A stretch of DNA of 26,491 nucleotides from a virus. Lineage: Duplodnaviria > Caudoviricetes. The translations under genes and the position numbers were made by a program. Location: the IMG/VR virus record IMGVR_UViG_3300022890_000091, positions 1 to 26,491 of that record. One strand, 5' to 3'. Positions 24,118-26,491 of this stretch are shown here, piece after piece (within the stretch, counting starts at the first letter, position 1; each line of letters starts with the position of its first letter). The notes beneath the pieces are model-generated. The model was not told where the DNA came from. It worked only from the letters and a program-made list of their open reading frames with translations, and made no database searches.

Positions 24118-24600
24118 ATGTCGGAGAATGAACAGAAAAAGATTAATCCGCAAATCACGGAGATCGAGATCGGTATCCGTGAAATGCGGAAGATTAAAAT
24201 TTATCCCTTGTCTATGTCGGATCAGTTAAAGCTGACTGGTTTAATGTCCACGGCAGTTGCGGCGCAGTTTGCCAAAGAAGAAGGCGGGGATATGGCACTG
24301 GTGGCGTTTATTGTGGAATTAGTGAAGGAAAACCTTGGACGTATCCTAACTATGGTAACGGGAGAGGATGACAAGCTCTTAGAAGAGGTCTCCAACCTTC
24401 AGGCGGCTGCAATATCCGAAGTGGTTTATGAGATGAATTACGGCATTGTAGTAAAAAACTTCAAGAGCCTCTTCGAGAAAGTGATGACGCTGTTTCCATC
24501 GGAGAGGCCGTTACCGCAGTTTGCGAGCGATACGGATACCGAATTGACGACTTCTACAGAAAATCCTTCAGAGACGGAGGAGTTACCTTTGGACAGTTGA
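24118..24600 (+). CDS. Tail assembly chaperone (gpG equivalent)
   Basis: Between the tail tube and tape measure genes; contains an in-frame slippery heptamer. Confidence 0.8.
   Translation: MSENEQKKINPQITEIEIGIREMRKIKIYPLSMSDQLKLTGLMSTAVAAQFAKEEGGDMALVAFIVELVKENLGRILTMVTGEDDKLLEEVSNLQAAAISEVVYEMNYGIVVKNFKSLFEKVMTLFPSERPLPQFASDTDTELTTSTENPSETEELPLDS
24453..24459 (+). promoter_or_regulatory. -1 programmed ribosomal frameshift site A AAA AAC
   Basis: X XXY YYZ heptamer in the chaperone frame. The -1 frame opens after TGA 24429-24431 and stays open to 24863. Confidence 0.8.
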
Positions 24601-24863
24601 TTGTGCTGTTCGAGCATTCGGAAAAGAGGTTCGGGGATAGGCTGAAGTTTGAGGCACAGATTCATGGAGTTAATATTGAAGAGAAAACTGCCCCGGCAGG
24701 ACAAGCTAAAAAGCCAAAGGGTGGATTTATGTTCGGAGATCCGGAAGCGTACAAGGATATGCCAAAGGCTGAAAAAGAGCGAATAACGCAGCAAATGATG
24801 AACCGGCACAGGATTTGGGCTCAGGAGAGTAAACCCATGGGCGGGAAAACGAGGGTAAGATAA
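24459..24863 (+). CDS. Frameshift extension of the tail assembly chaperone (gpT portion; gpGT about 248 aa)
   Basis: -1 frame reads LQEPLRESDDAVSIGEAVTAVCERYGYRIDDFY...GVTFGQLIVLFEHS and runs into the 24597..24863 ORF. Confidence 0.75.
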   Translation, partial: LQEPLRESDDAVSIGEAVTAVCERYGYRIDDFYRKSFRDGGVTFGQLIVLFEHSEKRFGDRLKFEAQIHGVNIEEKTAPAGQAKKPKGGFMFGDPEAYKDMPKAEKERITQQMMNRHRIWAQESKPMGGKTRVR

Positions 24864-26491
24864 ATGGCTGATAAAACATTGACACTTGGAACGTTGTTTT
24901 CGGCAGATGCTAAAGATTTGTTGGCGGTTTTGAAAAGGGTCAAGACCCAAATAAATATGATTGCGACTGCGGCAAAACAGTTGCAAACCTCTATGGGTGC
25001 GATGAATAATGCGGTCAAAACTGGCGCATCAGGAATGTCCGGTTATGCTTTAGCAACTAAGTCTACAGTGGCATCCATAAAGGGTGCTGTTGGGGAATCC
25101 TCAAAGTTTAAGCAAGCCCTTAGTCAATTGAATTCAGTGGCAGCTAAAACAAAAACTGGATTCGATGCGGCTCACTCCACATTAATGAAGGTTGAAAAAG
25201 CCATTCATGCTACTGGCCAAAGAATGACAGCAGCAGGAAAAAATGGCCAAGGTTTTGTTAATACTGCAAATCGTATGGCATTGGTTAACCAAACGCTTAC
25301 CGGAAAACTCAAAGCAACTTCTGCAGGATTTCAGCAGGTTGGCACACAAACAGTAAAAGCCTCCACCGCAACTAAAAAAGCCACAGAGCAATACGCTGGC
25401 TTTACTAAACAAATATCTCGGGTTCATGGTGGCCTTGAGCGCGTCAAAGCGGCGTTCAAGGTTACAGCGTCCTACGGTATTGCAGCCACAGCGATTTATG
25501 CGGTTGTAACCGCTTTTAAAACGGGCGTCCAAGCTATGATTGATTATGATCAGGGGTTGAAGAATCTCCAAGCCATTACTGGGGCAACGGATGCTGAAGT
25601 GATGGCCATGGGAGAGACCATTAAGACCGTTGCGAGAGATACTAAATTTTCAACATCTGAAGTAGCAGAAGGAATGACGTTATTGGGCCAGGCCGGTTTT
25701 GACGCTGGTGAGTCTATGGCCGCCATGCACGATACCGCAATGTTGGCCACCGGAACCTTGTCTGACATGAAACTCACAACCGACCTTGTAACTACTACAG
25801 TTAGGGCGTTTGGATTGCAAGCCACTGATTCTGGGCGCGTTGTAGATGTTATGGCGAATGCTATCAATAAATCAAAACTCACCATTGATAAACTAAGAAT
25901 TGCATTTAATTATATTGGTGCCACTGCCGCGCAAGCTGGACTAAGTATTGAGCAGGTTGCCGCAACCGCCATGAATTTTGCTAATAGTGGTCTTAGAGCC
26001 TCCACAATTGGAACAGGGTTCAGGCAAGTCCTAAGTAAACTTTTAAAGCCAAGTGAGAGATTGAGTAATGCGTTAGCAGCGGTGGGGTTAAACCTGGATG
26101 ATGTGAACCCTAAGATGGTTGGGTGGCAGGGGTCGCTTAATGCTCTTACAAATATCCTTTATGATTCAGAGACCAAAACAGTGGATATGGCCAAGGCGTT
26201 TAGTCTATTTGGTTTACGTGGTGCTCAGGCAGCGGCAGTCATTGTCTCATCCTTTGTTTCCGGGAAGTATCAAGATGCGTTGAATAAGGTTTATGAACTT
26301 GGAACTGCTGAGGAAATGGCAGCAAAACAAGCTGAAGGGCTTGGTATTAAAATCAAGAACTTGGTTGATAGGGCTAAGAATGTCGCTGTTGCTTTTGGTG
26401 AGGCTGGGGCCGCTAATGCATTAAAACTCTTTATTGATGGTTTAGGGGGGGTTGTGGTTGGAATTGAAACCTTTGCGGGGGCAATTGCAGG
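24864..26491 (+). CDS. Tail tape measure protein (TP901-type core), truncated by the window end
   Basis: ATG directly after TAA 24863; Ala/Gly/Thr-rich open frame with LQAITGAT...TKFSTSEVAEGMTLLGQAGF...GLRASTIGTGFRQ. Confidence 0.92.
   Translation, partial: MADKTLTLGTLFSADAKDLLAVLKRVKTQINMIATAAKQLQTSMGAMNNAVKTGASGMSGYALATKSTVASIKGAVGESSKFKQALSQLNSVAAKTKTGFDAAHSTLMKVEKAIHATGQRMTAAGKNGQGFVNTANRMALVNQTLTGKLKATSAGFQQVGTQTVKASTATKKATEQYAGFTKQISRVHGGLERVKAAFKVTASYGIAATAIYAVVTAFKTGVQAMIDYDQGLKNLQAITGATDAEVMAMGETIKTVARDTKFSTSEVAEGMTLLGQAGFDAGESMAAMHDTAMLATGTLSDMKLTTDLVTTTVRAFGLQATDSGRVVDVMANAINKSKLTIDKLRIAFNYIGATAAQAGLSIEQVAATAMNFANSGLRASTIGTGFRQVLSKLLKPSERLSNALAAVGLNLDDVNPKMVGWQGSLNALTNILYDSETKTVDMAKAFSLFGLRGAQAAAVIVSSFVSGKYQDALNKVYELGTAEEMAAKQAEGLGIKIKNLVDRAKNVAVAFGEAGAANALKLFIDGLGGVVVGIETFAGAIA

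Noticed and set aside
22666-24863. Contractile tail or tailocin/T6SS-like system
   Set aside because: No sheath gene lies between the terminator and tube genes, and a complete head module is present.
1418-25885. All minus-strand ORFs in the track
   Set aside because: They lie antisense to well-supported + strand genes and show no recognisable motifs; treated as shadow ORFs.
1-26491. tRNA, rRNA, integrase, transposase or lysis genes
   Set aside because: None recognised by eye; prophage versus free phage status cannot be determined from this window.

Overview
The window is the late (virion morphogenesis) region of a tailed dsDNA phage or prophage, almost certainly with a non-contractile (sipho-type) tail, and all credible genes are on the + strand. 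The order is: terminase large subunit, portal, prohead protease/scaffold, head decoration protein, lambda gpE-type major capsid, head-completion genes, an approximately 10.6 kb glycan-modification island, neck and tail-terminator genes, tail tube, frameshifting tail assembly chaperone, and tape measure (truncated by the window end). The island encodes a GT4-GT9 fusion, several GT2/GT-A proteins, GT4, GT8, a SAM methyltransferase next to a kinase, a B12 radical SAM enzyme and a truncated WbpB-like dehydrogenase. The most notable observations are: (1) a Tat-signal-bearing paralog of the phage's own tail tube protein; (2) the glycosylation island sitting inside the head-tail operon, with the same Thr-rich inserted domain in both capsid proteins as a candidate acceptor; (3) GGYNN pentamer arrays (12+12 units) flanking an unknown gene and overlapping the terminase RBS; (4) two Com-like zinc-finger genes, each followed by RNA structure at the start of the head or tail module; (5) a stand-alone 68-aa fragment of a tail-tip protein; (6) an unannotated 35-aa protamine-like ORF. 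All family assignments come from motif recognition and gene order by eye; no database search was run.
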